Below, piece by piece: positions 35,025 through 49,101 of a stretch of 64,000 nt of DNA (the stretch's first letter is position 1; the number at the start of each line of letters is the position of its first letter). A model generated the notes under the pieces. That model had not been told where the DNA came from. It was given only the letters and a program-made list of their open reading frames with translations, and did not search any database. Source of the DNA: Chiloscyllium plagiosum (Eukaryota); the NCBI RefSeq assembly GCF_004010195.1, contig NC_057738.1, positions 29,080,192 to 29,144,191 on the forward strand, read 5' to 3'. Both the position numbers and the translations under genes were made by a program.

Positions 35025-37818
35025 TTAACTGTGAAAGAAGTAGTGTAAGGTTTTATATAAATGTAAGTTCTTCCTTTATGTTAATCTCATATGAATTTTC
35101 AAGATTTATATATATTATATATATAGCAGAGTTCAGAAGTACTGTCAATTCAAAATGCAATTGAAGCTTGTAAACATAACCATATCCTCAGCATAATCTT
35201 AATGGGGCAGACATCAAAAGCAAACTGTCTCATTTATAACAGGTGCAGTCATTCCTAAATTCTTGCTATATATGCAGTTCTGATACTGTTCAGGTTGCAG
35301 AGCTCTACAATACTGTTTAACTTGCAAATCTTAAGTTAGTTGTGATGTGATGATAAACTATTGGGCACTGCATTAACAGTCCTCTGATAAGTGACATAGG
35401 AACACATTAGTTTTGGCTGAAACTGAAAGCATTACCAACTGGATACCCAGTGTTTGCAATATCTCCCTGAAGCCAAGAGTGAGTCTTAGCTCCTTCACTG
35501 GATGATAAAGCACCAGATCTAAATGCTTTCATGTAACAACCTTATCTTCTAAGGGCTGTTGCACCACAGACCACATAATAGTGTAAGGTAACAGATGCCA
35601 TGAACCGTTACATACTGTTTCTAATTTAGTAAGTTTTTTTGGCTAATTAGCTAAGTGATTCAAGTACCAATGTGAAAAATAACTATATACATTTAAGACA
35701 ACAGAAGTGACTGGACTCACTTTTTTCTCATATTTCCAAAACTTGGAGAAAATAAGCATTGCTGTTCTAATACTTAACTATTTTAAGCATATTTTCCACT
35801 ATCTTGAGTATGACTGTCACTTTCAATTTGTCAGCCAAAACATGACCACATGTGATTAGCTAAGATTTTCTCATTGTAATTTGTCATAACGTGCTTTGTT
35901 GAAACCACTTTAGGATAATCAGACAATTGCTACTGTGACTGCTGCTAGGGTTTAAAAGTGGTTTGGATTAGATTGCCTATTCAAAGGAGTTTCAAATGAT
36001 ACAAACTAACTAGTATTTCACTGTGATAGGATGTGTAGCTCTTCTGAGATGAACTACAAGACAAAAAGCATTTCCAGAGGAATGATCAAAGGTTGGCCTC
36101 CATCCAGTTCAGAATGATTTGAGGCCAGCCATTACCTATTGAGATTGGAAAATGGACTACATCAGAGCACCTTGGGCAAGTTACAAAGATGTGACTTTTG
36201 CTCATCAACCTAAATACCTGGAAGTAACTGCAAATCATATAAGCTGTGCAATGTACAAAGTACTTTATTATGGGCTTGGATAATGAAAGGGAAGATGGCA
36301 AGGATATGAACTGTAGACTGCATTTTGATCATAGTGATCAGAAGGTCAAAGGTTGTGGACACTGTTGCCATTTGTCACTTGGAGCAGCAGTTACTTTCTG
36401 CAGCAGACCACAATCCATTGTGTTGGATCCTTTATATTTACCCAAGAGATAGTGTTTCTGTTTAACATCAATATTCAAAATGCAGACCTCAGTCAGAAAA
36501 GCAGTCCTTCAGAACTTCAAGTTTCAGAATTAAGTTCCCAAGATAGTAACTGCTAAACCTAAACCTGGCTCACACAAGAACAAGAGTCATAATTTCAAGG
36601 ACAGAAGAACGCAGTTATGTGTACTGAGGGCAATGGACTGGAATGGGAATGCTACTGAATTAATGAAGTTTATGCAAGGAACGACGGACACTAAACGAAC
36701 CTGTTTCTACGATTAATCAATAAATAGGTTTGGCACTGATATCTCTCAGCTGGTAATTCCTTGGAATGGAGATAGGTTGGAGAAAACAAATGGTTTGGCA
36801 AAACTTATCTATCTTCTTTTACCTGTGGTGGACAGGAAAGGGTGGACTGGTGCATCGGGTAAATCAAGCAATAGCAGAGCTGGTTTCCTAATTTCACTCT
36901 GATTGGTTCATTAATGATATATTAAGTGAAAAAAAATCCAAACTACAGCTAAGTTGTTTGATTCTAAAATACTTGTAGTGTTCAGGTAAACAGAATTATG
37001 GGATGTAAAGTGGGGGTGGAGGAAGAAATGTAAAGTAAAAAATCATATTTAAATGGAAATGATAACTGAAAAATATTCAAATATGGAATTGACTAATTAA
37101 GGTTTGCATAAAAGACCAGAACAGTCCAGATGTATTTTGCTGTGGGCTTTAGGCTGTTCAGATTGTAAAATCTGTATGCAAGTGCATGACATCTGCACCA
37201 CTGCATTTAGACACATACCTTTCTCCTCATCTAGTACAAAGATCCACAAGACAGGAACTCTGGTTTCACTCTGGTTCAGCAAATCAACATCTGAACAAAA
37301 CCTTCTGAGGCATGGGGGTGGGGATGTGGTTTAACTCTTCGCAATCTTAGGTTTGACTTTAGTTTGCACACAAAAGAATCTCATTCTAGTATCAAAGCCA
37401 TTCTCAATCTAAATTTGCAACTGGATTATTACATTTCCAAACCTGTATTTGGATCCCACTAGTTTTAACTACTTAATAAATTCACAAGCTATTACCTAGG
37501 GACAAGAATACAAAGCAACTACTGAGTTTAACCGATCTGTAAAGAGTTTCCAGACTATGGTATACAATCTATATCACTAATTAAAATTGAATGTCACAAA
37601 ATAATGTAATTTAACAAAGCATGTTTTAAAATGTCTATGCATATGAAGAACTAATCTGGCTAATTTTAAAATTGAGCTGAATGAACTAAAGCAAAGGCTA
37701 GTATAGTAACACTGATCAACCATTCAGAGACAGTAGGGTTTTTTTATGTAATGCATTATAACCAAAGTCAAAATAAAATTTAGCCAAGTAAATGAATGAA
37801 ACTCTAGTACTCTAATAC

Positions 37819-37941
37819 CTGCAACGCTCCATTTCGGCTGAAAGATGACACACATTGCATCAGTCGGCTCATTTCTTCAGTAACAGCTTCTATAATCCGT
37901 GAAAGAACCCTTGGGACAAGTTCCTTAGAAATTGTAAACAC
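37819..37941 (-). CDS. EXOC2: EXOC2 coding exon, 123 bp
   Basis: tttatag|GTG TTT...TTG CAG|gtatta. Translates as [41 protein letters not shown], near-identical to the recalled human EXOC2 segment. Phase 0-0. Confidence 0.98.
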
Positions 37942-38625
37942 CTATAAATACACAAAAATATTTTGTTGAAATAGGATGTTGGCTTACTTATGATCATCTT
38001 TTATCTTGAAGAGAATTTCAACTTCCAAATACCAATTGAAAAATACTGTCTGGGCAGCAGAAAAGTTATGTATGCAGTTCCTTTATGTATGCCAGATCTC
38101 ACATACTATTGTATAAGTCACCATCTTAAATTCCCATCTTTGCATATCCCTATTTTCTTTACCATTATCATATACAACTTCATATTGGGTAAGAACTGGT
38201 CACTGCTTTTTATCCTATTCACCCTCTCAGCCATCACAACCCACTACTGCCTCTCCTTTCAGAATGCCTATTCTCATGAATAAAAGTCCTGCCATCCATT
38301 GTGGATGATTGTATTAATATCAAGGTCTTGATGGAAAATTGGTAAAGGCTGATGACAGCTTTCCCTCTAAACAAAGCCTTCTTGCCTAGTTGTGACTTCC
38401 ACATGCCTCACACAAACTGCCATGGTATCTATGTTGATCTCATCAACAAATTACATTTACGTTTTATTCCCCAATTCTCTGGCGTACTTTTCTTTCTTCA
38501 TTATCTCTCTTTCTCTCTCTCACTCTTCTACCTCTCAAACTTTATATACAACCCTTATTCGATACTGCTATCTAATCTGCATGTATCTTCTTCTTTCTGT
38601 CTCTACAGCAAGAAACGTCTCATCA

Positions 38626-39125
38626 NNNNNNNNNNNNNNNNNNNNNNNNNNNNNNNNNNNNNNNNNNNNNNNNNNNNNNNNNNNNNNNNNNNNNNNNNNN
38701 NNNNNNNNNNNNNNNNNNNNNNNNNNNNNNNNNNNNNNNNNNNNNNNNNNNNNNNNNNNNNNNNNNNNNNNNNNNNNNNNNNNNNNNNNNNNNNNNNNNN
38801 NNNNNNNNNNNNNNNNNNNNNNNNNNNNNNNNNNNNNNNNNNNNNNNNNNNNNNNNNNNNNNNNNNNNNNNNNNNNNNNNNNNNNNNNNNNNNNNNNNNN
38901 NNNNNNNNNNNNNNNNNNNNNNNNNNNNNNNNNNNNNNNNNNNNNNNNNNNNNNNNNNNNNNNNNNNNNNNNNNNNNNNNNNNNNNNNNNNNNNNNNNNN
39001 NNNNNNNNNNNNNNNNNNNNNNNNNNNNNNNNNNNNNNNNNNNNNNNNNNNNNNNNNNNNNNNNNNNNNNNNNNNNNNNNNNNNNNNNNNNNNNNNNNNN
39101 NNNNNNNNNNNNNNNNNNNNNNNNN
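38626..39125. other. Assembly gap (500 N) inside an EXOC2 intron
   Basis: Seen directly. The flanking exons join in frame, so no coding exon is required in the gap. Confidence 1.
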
Positions 39126-39357
39126 TTGACAACACAAATCAGAAATAAGGAGCTATGGTAGGGACATTTTCTGATTGCTCCTTAACTGAATCCACCTAAT
39201 GCAAACAATATTTCACTGCTATAGTCACCCAGCCAATCTAACTTCTGTGTCACTCCAAAAGACATGACTGCACAAGTTGCTTCTGAACCTGCTAAAGCAC
39301 AAATATGTAGAACCAAAGTGAAGATTGTAACAATGCAAATTAATTTGAAGTCCTTAC

Positions 39358-39413
39358 CTCCGCATGGACAGCAATAATGTTAACTAAAGCTTCCTTTAAG
39401 TAAGTTCTGACAC
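39358..39413 (-). CDS. EXOC2: EXOC2 (Sec5) coding exon, 56 bp, fifth from last
   Basis: The minus strand reads ttttttag|GT GTC AGA ACT...GCG GAG|gtaagg and translates as (G)VRTYLKEALVNIIAVHAE. This matches the recalled vertebrate EXOC2 sequence GVRNYLKEALVNIIAVHAE. Phase 1 in, phase 0 out. Confidence 0.96.
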
Positions 39414-42400
39414 CTAAAAAGATTGAAAGAAACATTGCATAATATAACATTACAGTAATTGTTTGGGCTGATAAAAGGCAAATCGTGCTTATCTGAATTA
39501 ATTTTTATTACTGAGTTAAAGTTCAATTTTAATTGAATTAAATCGAGATTAGTGTTGTTACAAGGATAAAGATCTTGGACTTGATCTTTCAAGGTACAAC
39601 ACACTTGTTTGGTTTCCCAAAACTGGCTTTAACAGAAATGGGAGAGAGACTGAGAAAGAGAGGACATGTGAGAGAGACACCTTTTTATACCATTTATCGC
39701 TATCTGGAAAGGTTACATGTCCAGGGTCAATCCTCATGAATAGGTGAGTGCACAATATCTCAAAAATGGATGCCTGGATGAATGTTTGTGAATGGTGAGA
39801 TGGGCAGGTTAGCAGCTGCATCAGTGGTTGGGAAGGGTAATCAGGCAGTGGGATTAGTCAGGGGAGGTAGTTGGAGTTGCTAGAGGGAAAGCGTGGTCAA
39901 AAGGGACAGTTAGAAAGTTCTTGGGGGCGTTGGGGTAATCAGTGAGTGTAGTAAGAGGGTTCACCAAGATAGTCTGGAGAGATAGTTGAGGCTCAGAGTG
40001 AATGAACGTAGAGGTCTGTTGTGTAGTTTAGGTTTTTCCTGTTGAATATTTCTGGGTGACTATCCAGATAAGTAGAACAGAACTGTCCAAGTCTCTGATT
40101 CTATAGAGCAGGAGACTTTGGTGAGGGTATTGGAAGCAGGGGAACTGCCAATCAAATGGTTTAAACTTCCTGGACAATTCTCGCAGAGTACAGCAGGCCA
40201 ACAGTTTTGTAGGGGCCCCAACGATCATCTTGGCTCACGTGTCCATTCTTGAACAATCCCACAATTTGAGCCCTTCCCTTTCACTTCACCTTCCATGGTC
40301 AAGGAACTCAGACAGACAGTTTCAATCACTAATAGCATTGCCATGGCTTCTTTGTGAACCACTACAAAGCATACAAATTTGGTCTCAGTGGGGATTCTGC
40401 CTCCAGTTTAATATTTTTCACTCATGCAATACCGAATGCTGTATCAGGATTTAATATAGCAAAACTATTTTTATAGCAACACAGGAATTTCTGAACAGGA
40501 ATAACCCAAGGTGCATCTGGTTTGTCGTTTATTATTCTGAAAGTCACATGATATGAGAATAATGGAGGTGTTGAATAGTCATAGCAATTAATCATTATCA
40601 AATAGTCTATAACAAACCTAATAATGATACAAGGAAATCCTCAGAAGTAGAGAGCTTATTCCTCATTTGCTGGGACTTGCTGGATTCCATTAATGCCATT
40701 TATTTTTCCAGCAATTTCTGTCCTCATTATGTCCCTTTTACCTCTAAAGAAAGCAAACTCAAGTCTTTAACCTATGAGGAACCAAATAGTAAAGACCAGA
40801 GAAGAGATGATGCATTTCGAGGCAATCTTTTCTGATTTAGTGCCTAAAAATATGCTAAAGATTTATTTGGTTACATATAATGATACAACAGGACAATCTT
40901 TTAGATTTGGAACAACTGATTAACCCCACCATGGGTATTTCAGGTTGGTTTGTAGCTAACGTGAGACTAATTTTATCAGTGCTGCTTCTATTTGGAAATG
41001 AGGCACATAAACAACAATGAGACTCTTAATTGAAAATGAAAGCTTGAAAATTGTAATTATAAAAGTCAGATTAAAACAGTAAAACCTGAAATCAAGGAGA
41101 AAGAAAATGGAAAAGTTACTGTAGAATTACTATAGAATTAAATTACTATTAAAAATTTAAATTCTTGTTTTTTTTTCACATGTAGGCTTTTACAGTGAAG
41201 CTACCCATTATTGAATAGCTATTGTATCGTAACAATTTACTGATAATCTCTTATTTGCATCAGTATCCTTTTTAAATTACAATGCACAACATACTTAAAT
41301 TGTACATATGTAAGACACCTAAAATACGGGTCACTACCACCAGACATTCCAATGGCAGGTTTTACAATATCAAAGGGAAGCTTGGAGGTAATTATCAGAC
41401 CTTGAATGAATGATTTTATCACCTGTATTTTAGTGAGAAAAACAGTAAAATACGATGACAAGCTTCTCCACTGTTGCCATGACCTAGCACCATTTTGAAT
41501 AGTTTTAAGAATAAAAATGTGATTTAGATACAGTCCATCAGTCCTGAGCCAGCTCATCATCAGCGATGCCTGGCTGCCATCCCTCCTCTTCCGCCTCACC
41601 ACTTTCTACACTGGACATAAACTAACTTTGAAGTCGCCACTCTTCAGGCGCCATCTTTAGTCACTGGGCCTACCTCATTGACTTCAGCTCTGCTGACGAT
41701 CAGCCGCAGATTCTGATGCCAGTGCTCGCCCTGGGAAAGTAGGAGTCCACCTGGTAAGTTCTTCTCATGATACAGACATGACTTCAACTGCTGGGAAGAA
41801 AGGTATCAAGGGAATGGCCTAAAATCGGCAATGGTATGAAATATATGAAAGTGGGGCAGGATTGAGTCACACAGTAAATATTCTGGGACAGAGTGTCATA
41901 TCCTCAGATACATGGAACATGAAAATGAACAAGAACTGCTGTGGGATTTTCACACAGAATGATAGTCTAAATGTGTTATAAACTGTACCATCTGTAGTCA
42001 TCTTTGGTTACATCGGTCATAAATCAATTCTATGTTTTATTCATATTGTAAGATCAACCAAGGAGCTATAATTGAAAAGAAGGGATGCATAAATATTCAA
42101 TGAGGGATAGATTCAATAGTGTGTCTGGCACCCAAGAGTGCAGGGCATCTGCTCATTCACAGAATAAACACACTTCAATACAATGAAGTATGGAGTCTCC
42201 TGTTTTTATAGTTTTATTTCAGAGGAAATACAAAGAATAAAGAATTATGGAAACTGCAATCGCAATCAGTTTCTGTTCCCATAACTATGGATTGGCAGTT
42301 TCCCACCTCCCTACCGTGAAGTTAACCTGCAGTTCCTATTTCTGTACTTATTAAATATTTAGCAATAATTAAGAACTTCATAAACTTAGAGTTATGCTTT

Positions 42401-42799
42401 TTTAAAGAAGAAATTGGTGACTGAATTTTCTCTTTGGTTAAATGTCACTTCTGATACTTTCACCGAGTGCTTCCTGCCAATGCCCTTTGTGACTTGGCAT
42501 TCACAATCGTTTGCTGCTTACTTCATTAGTTATGCATCCAGGTTCGCATTCAGTCATATCGCAGCAGAGGCAGAAGTACTTGTCATTGTCAGGACTTTCT
42601 GGTATTTACGCTTTGGGCACCATACTTTAATGCAATGCACTTGCATGTTATAATTATCTACCCTTACATTTGGAATCCCCACCCCAACTGCTTCATTGTT
42701 ATCATCTTCTCTGCATCCCAGCATTATGCCACCAATCTCCAATCAGGATTCTCAGTTTCGCCTACACAATACAGACTTCTTGTGATAACTCCCCTTGAA

Positions 42800-43770
42800 A
42801 TTTACTGTTCAAATCCCCCGGGCTGACTGTTGTTCACTCCCCAGACTGACTCACCTGTACCACAAAGGCTGGTTGGATTTGATTCCCAGGATTGACTATG
42901 ACCCAATCCCCTGACCAGATGAACATGGACTGCAACCCTCTGGACATACGTTTTACAATGCCCTTGTATGGCAGCACCCCCTGATTGGCAGTAGTCCCTC
43001 TTCACTCAAGTCTACTCCCCATAGCCTTTCAGACATGGCCCTTTGGCTGAAGCTCCTGCAATGTGCTTGCTGTGTAAGCTGCTAGCACACAATGTAGATG
43101 CAATTTTTGGCATAGCACAGTGCCATAGGCCAACATGTCCACCCCAATGACTGAAGATCGTTCGTAATCATGACAAGCTGGATGTCTTTCTGTCTGTCCT
43201 AATGAACAAAGCTATGTAGAAATGCTGTGAGTAATCCAATTAAATACAAAATGAAAAAACACCAAGAAAATAACCATGAGCCCTGAGATGCGTCTAGTGC
43301 AAATGCATGAGATGGGTGTATATACAAATGCACAGCGTAGCCTAGCAGAAGCACTGCAATGTAATATGTCACTGATCTCCAAAGTGCAGTGGAGAAGTGC
43401 TGAGATCAGCACATGATAATGCAGCGAGGCCGGTGTTTGCTGATGCCACCTTCAGTAGGTTTAGTATGGATGCAGTTGGTGTCCATGGAGCGTCCATGAG
43501 ATACTGGTGAATAATGCATAGATCCTGGAGAAACAACCAGTGAGCTGCATCCACCAGGGTAACCACTTTGACAAACTGCATAGAAATGAGGCAAATTAGC
43601 TAATAAAGACATGCAAATGCATGAAAATAAGGCCCTTGCCACTTAGTAGCAAGGTTCTCAACAAGCTATTGAGACTTTAAGGGGGAAAATCAGACTTCCT
43701 TTAAATCAATGAGCATGAAAGAAATCAGATTCTTAACAATGTATTCTCCAAAATTTTCTGCCAGTGCTCA
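42800..43770 (-). mobile_element. Possible highly decayed PIF/Harbinger transposase remnant
   Basis: Vestigial motifs occur in the expected order: VKVVT...DLCIIHQ, DTNCIHT (cf. IDCTHI) and QSGGA (cf. LDRSGGALQY). Similarity is weak. Confidence 0.3.
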
Positions 43771-44679
43771 TATCAGTCATTGAGTTGGGAAACCTCTGAC
43801 TCAATGCAAACAAGAAACGAGATTCCGCCACTCAGTCCTTCCAGCACGTTCCTCCATTTAATAAGATCATGACTGATCTGCCTGAAACCCTTCAATAAAG
43901 AGAAGACTATTAAGTGTTCTTTGCTTTCTCTGCTCTAATGGAAAAAGTCTCAAGTTTCTATAATTTTGGATTCTCATCTCTGGTATAATTCTCGCTCCAT
44001 TTTATTAATTAAAGAAGAATTTACAATAATATATAACAGATCAACACCTCCATCTATTCATCACAATCAAATAAATTTTAGCAATTAAATTCTTCGCAAA
44101 CTTACTGCACAAATTAGTGTAAAATTACGGTTAATCCCAAATTGAGTTTGGTGGATTTCATTCATTCCAGAGTAGGTCAGTCTTCATATAAAACAGTATT
44201 TCAGTAATTATAACTACTGGGACAGGCCAGTTGAGGTAGCCATGTGAATGAATTCATGCTGACCAATAACCTATAGTTCACAAGTAAAAAACAGTGTATA
44301 TAAAGAAGCACTTCATCAAATGGTCAGAGAAAAAAGCAAACCAGAAGCAAACAGAAACAAACAGAACATAGATGAGTGAGAAAAAGAAACGGAATCTTCG
44401 AAGGAGTTTCAAACTTTGTTTTGGTGACTCAGATAAAACAATAAACAGAGGTTCCGTCTGTTATATTAGGTGGTGCTGAAGATCCCATGGTCCTAGATGA
44501 AGAGGAGCAGGAAGTTTATCCCACTGCCTCAAAACAAATTCTTAAATAATGAGATCCCACAACAATAAGACAAACTTGGTATAAACCATCTACTTCCCTC
44601 CATTGCAATAAATGATAATTAGAATAGTTATTCGAGTAGCGCATATATAGTTTTTTTTCTCTTCTACATCAATAATCAG

Positions 44680-45550
44680 GAAGGTTATCGGAAATTACAA
44701 CATGACCATGATCAGCTGGGTAAGTAGGCCATGAAATGGCAAATGGCGTTTAATATAGATAAGTGTGAAGTTTTGTATTTTGGAAAGTCATAAGAAGGTA
44801 GGAGTTTCATGGTGAATACTAGGATCTTAAGGAGTATAGTGGAACAGAGGAACCTTGAAGCTCAGGTGCATGATTCTCTGAAAGTGGAGTCACAGATAGA
44901 CAGGGCAGTGAAAAAGGCTTTTGGCACACTGGTCCTCATCAGTCTGGGCACTGAGTATAGAAGTTGGGATGCAATGTTGCAGTTGTACAGGAGGTTGGGG
45001 AGGCCACACTGAAATATTACGATCGGTTTTAGTCACCTTACTATAGGAAGGATGTTATTAAACTGGAAAGAGTGCAAAAGAAATTTACAAGGATGTTGCT
45101 AGGACTCAATGGTCTGAGCAATAGCGAGAGGTTGGACAAAATAGAGACTGAGGGGGGATCTTATAGAAGTATATACGGTCATAGATGCACGGATAGGGTG
45201 AATGCACTCAGTCTTTTTCCCAGGACTGGGGAATCAAGGATTAGAGGGCATCAGTTTAAGGTTAGAAGGGAAAGAATAAAAGGGAACCTGAGGGGCAACT
45301 TTTTTTTTTTTTACACAGAGGATAGTGCGCATATGGAATGAGCTGCCAGTGGAAGTTGTTGAAGCAAGTACATTAAAAACATTTAAAAGGCATTTAGACA
45401 AATACATGTATCGGAAGGGTTTAGAAGGATATGGGCCAAGTGCAGGAAAATGGGGTTAGTGTGGATGGACACTTTGGTTGCCATGAACCAGTTTGGGACA
45501 AAGGGCCTGTCTCCATTCTGTAGGACTGTACCACTATGACTCTATGACTA
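44680..45550 (+). mobile_element. CR1 LINE 3' fragment
   Basis: The ORFs EQRNLEAQVHDSLKVESQIDRAVKKAFG and KKFTRMLLGL...RIRGHQFK are followed by a ctatgactctatga tail. Confidence 0.92.
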
Positions 45551-46129
45551 TTTGAACCATATTAGATTTCTTGAGCTAAGCAGGAACATGCTGTTGAAAA
45601 TATGAACCTTTCTATGATTAGAGGGTAGACCACAAGTTATAGATGCATTATTTATTATGCGGAATTTAGAAAGGATTACAGTAAAAACCTCAAGTTGGCT
45701 GACTAGATGGTTTGAAAATCTAGAAGGTCCCTGAGGTATTAAGTAAATTCCTCAAACACTATTCAATGCCCAATAAATGCTTTTTTTTCCTCAAGCATTA
45801 TCCAATTCCAGGTTGAGAAATTTATGAACCACAAAATAATGCAGAAAAGACTTGTATGTGGACTATGTGAAAGTCAGAGAGATGCACTTTCAGGAGGATG
45901 GGGAAAAGAAGCAGTAATTTAGAAAAAGGATTGCCAGAACAAGATGTCTCAGATGCTGAAGACATAGCCACAAAAGGAAGATGGGGTTGCACAGAGACCA
46001 GTCGGAGGAATATAGAGTTCTGAGTGTTTCTAGGGCAATACAAAATTACAGAGATAGTGAAGAGCAAGATCACACAGAGATTTAAAAATAAAGATACATA
46101 TTTGAAACTGGAGGGACTTTGATCACCCC

Positions 46130-47610
46130 AGCTTTCCTTCCCTCATACATTAGCTGATGCTGTTCATACCTCTTTCCTCAGGTCCTCTACCACCATCGTA
46201 TCTTCCAAAGTAAATAACCCATGTTGTCCTTAAAAATGGCTGCCCCACTTCTTCAAACTTCCATTCCATTCTGACGTTCTTGATAATGCTGCCGCTTTTC
46301 AAATCAATGATTGTCTCTCCTGGAATACCATGTCTGAATCCCCTCCAATCAGTCTTCTGACCTCATACAGTACCAAACTAACTCTCATCAAATGGCACAA
46401 GACTGGGTAAACTTTCACTCCTCATCCTTCATGACCTGCTGCAGCCTTCAATATGGTCGAGTACACCATCCCCCTATAATGCCTCTTCACTACCATCTCG
46501 ATGGGTAGGACCACAGTCGTTTGGGTCTGTTTTTATGTAATTAATTATAGCCAGAGAATGACTGTCAATTCCTTTTCCTCCCACTCCTAAACCATTACCT
46601 CTGGTGTCCCAGCAATCTATACTTGGTGCCACCATATGTCTCATCCACATATTGTTCCTCAGCAATGTAATCTGGAAACAGTGTCAATTTCTACTTGTAA
46701 ACTGATATCATCAAGCTTACCACTGCTTATGGCGCTCCTTCCATTATATCTAAACTGACAGTCAGCCTGTCTGACATACAGTGCCAGAACAGAGCAGAAT
46801 TACCCCCCAATTGAAAGCAATTCTCTGAAATTAACCGCAAATTTCATTCACCAGCTACTGATTCCATTCTGCCAACCTTCCTAGGCTGTACCAGACTGTG
46901 TGCAGTCATAGTGTCTTGGCTGAACTGGAAGGAAGGTGCATAAGGAATACATGGTTGCACGAGAGTTAAATTGGAGGAATGCAGAGTTCTGAGGGATTGT
47001 GAGGGATATGACATTCATACATCACTAAGACTGTCTGACTTCTCTTAGGTTACTCATCTCTGCCCCACTCTTAGCTCATCTTCTGCCGAAATCCTCATTC
47101 TACGGTTTTATTATTCCCAGATTTGACCATCCCAAATGTGCTTCAGCTAGTGCCCTACATTGTGCTCGTCATAAACTTAAGGTCGTTCAAAACTGTGCTG
47201 TGTCCTAACTTGCCAGAAAATCCTTTTACCCTCTTTACACCTATATTGGATATTGGGAAAGTAACAATTGAATCATAAATTTGCATTCTTGATTTCAAAT
47301 CTCTCCATCCCCCTCACTCCCTTCACTGTAATCTTCTTCAGTTCCACATCCCTCTGACATGTCTATGCTCCTCCAATTTTAGTCACGTCCTTTTATTTTA
47401 TTGGCTCCACCACTGATGCCTGTGCTGTCAGCAGCCAAAGCCTAAGCTCTGGAATTGCACCTTTAAACATTTCTGTCTTTCTACTGCTTTCCTAGAACCT
47501 CTCTCTTTGACCAGACTTTTCGGATATCTAAATTAAGATTCTGCGTATCAAATTTTATGAATGCTCCTGTGGAACACTTTGCAAGGCTAAAGTATGTTAA
47601 AGTCATTAAA
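46130..47610 (+). mobile_element. L2 LINE remnant (RT to 3' end)
   Basis: DLxAAFxxV-like (gacctgctgcagccttcaatatggtc), SGVPQxSILG (tctggtgtcccagcaatctatacttgg) and QNxAA motifs, plus the L2 3' sequence cctaagctctggaatt. Confidence 0.78.
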
Positions 47611-47946
47611 CTCCTGATAGTTAGTTGTGAAGGAAGAATCCTCAGCCAATCTTTATTTGGGATAGATTTATTCACAGAGTGAAACATTACAAGTACTTAT
47701 GCCTTGATTCCACTCAATTTGTGTTAATTAGTGTCTCTTTATATGTGTCCAAGTAACCATCAAATTAACCTCCATTAACTTAACCCTAATTAACACAATT
47801 AGAAAAAAAACTCTAAAATATTAAGTTGCTGTTGTTCCAGCACTCCTTCCATCATAATAACATGCAAGTTAAAAAAAATTAAATTCAAGTAATTACAAAA
47901 TCTTGAACAGAATACTAGTCTCATTAACAATAAATGTACAACTATG

Positions 47947-48258
47947 GGCAGCATGGTGGCTCAATGGTTAGCACTACTGCCTCACAGCACCAGGGTCCCA
48001 GGTTCGATTCCAGCTTGGGCTACTGCCTGAGTGGAGTTTGCACATTGTCCCAGTGTCTGTGCGGCTTTCCTGCAGGTGCTCTAGTTTCCTCCCACAGTCA
48101 CAAAGATGTGCATGGCAGGTGAATTGGCCATGTTAAATTGCCCATAGTGCTAAGTGCTTCATTCAGAGGGAAATGGGTCTGGGTGGGTGACTCTTCAGAG
48201 GGTTGGTGTGGACTGGTTGGGCCAAAGGGCCTGTTTCCACACTAAGGAATCTAATCCA
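47947..48258 (+). mobile_element. HE1-type V-SINE
   Basis: ggcagcatggtggctcaatggttagcac head and aatctaatc tail. Confidence 0.92.
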
Positions 48259-48499
48259 ATATCATTTTCAAAATCCATCTTGTTCCCCAACTACGTTCAA
48301 GGAAACAAATCTATTATCCTTAGCTGGTCTGGTCTACTTGTGTCTCCAGAACTTCAGCAATGTGATTTACACTTAACTGCCCTCTGAGCCACTTAGTTGT
48401 CTTCAGGAAGGCAGCTCATCACCACCTTCACAAGTGCAATTATAGGGAATGTACAATAAATGTTGGCCTAATAAGCCCACATCCTAACAGCAAGTTAAG

Positions 48500-49101
48500 A
48501 AACACTTCTCTCATCTTATGCCTGGTTCTCCTGTTATTTTCCTTAAATCTGAGCCCTCTGATTACCTTCCAGCCACTGGAAATAAATACTCATCATTCAG
48601 CAAAATCATTCGTGGGTTCAAATACCTCTATTAAATTTTAACCTTACTTTCCCTGCTCGAAGAACATCTACTCCTTCAGTCACTCCCTACAACTTAAATG
48701 CAACATTATTGGTGCCATTCTAGCAACGTCCTCTGCACCCTCTTGAATACTTATGTAATTTCAAATGTTTGCAGCAAGAGTTTGACACAATATTTCAACT
48801 GAGCTTTAACTGATGCTTTATAAGATGCGAGGATCACTTGCTTGCTTGTGTAAGGGTTGCCTGCACTTATAATGCCAAGGATTCCACATGTTGCCTTTTT
48901 TTTGGAAAAGAACACTGGCTTCACAACTTGCCCTGCCACATTCAAAGATTAAGAAACACACTCCTTCCCCTACCCATCACCTCGATCCCTTTATTATTCT
49001 CTTCAACACTGCATCAATTGTTATACTGCTTCTCATTAAAAACATATTATTTCATAACTCTACACTAAATTTCATCTGCCCTATGCCCGCCTAGTTCACC
49101 A
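48500..49101 (-). mobile_element. Old CR1 remnant interrupted by a PLE
   Basis: The ORF SYKASVKAQLKYCVKL resembles CR1 LYKALVRPQLEYCVQ. Confidence 0.65.

Noticed and set aside
37811-37818. U12-type intron at the donor GTATTA
   Set aside because: It lacks the U12 consensus GTATCCTT and is an ordinary U2 donor.
38352-39161. ORFs of 170-269 aa, or a hidden EXOC2 exon in the gap
   Set aside because: The ORFs are artefacts of the 500 N run. The flanking exons join directly (…VHAE|VFTI…) as in the known protein.
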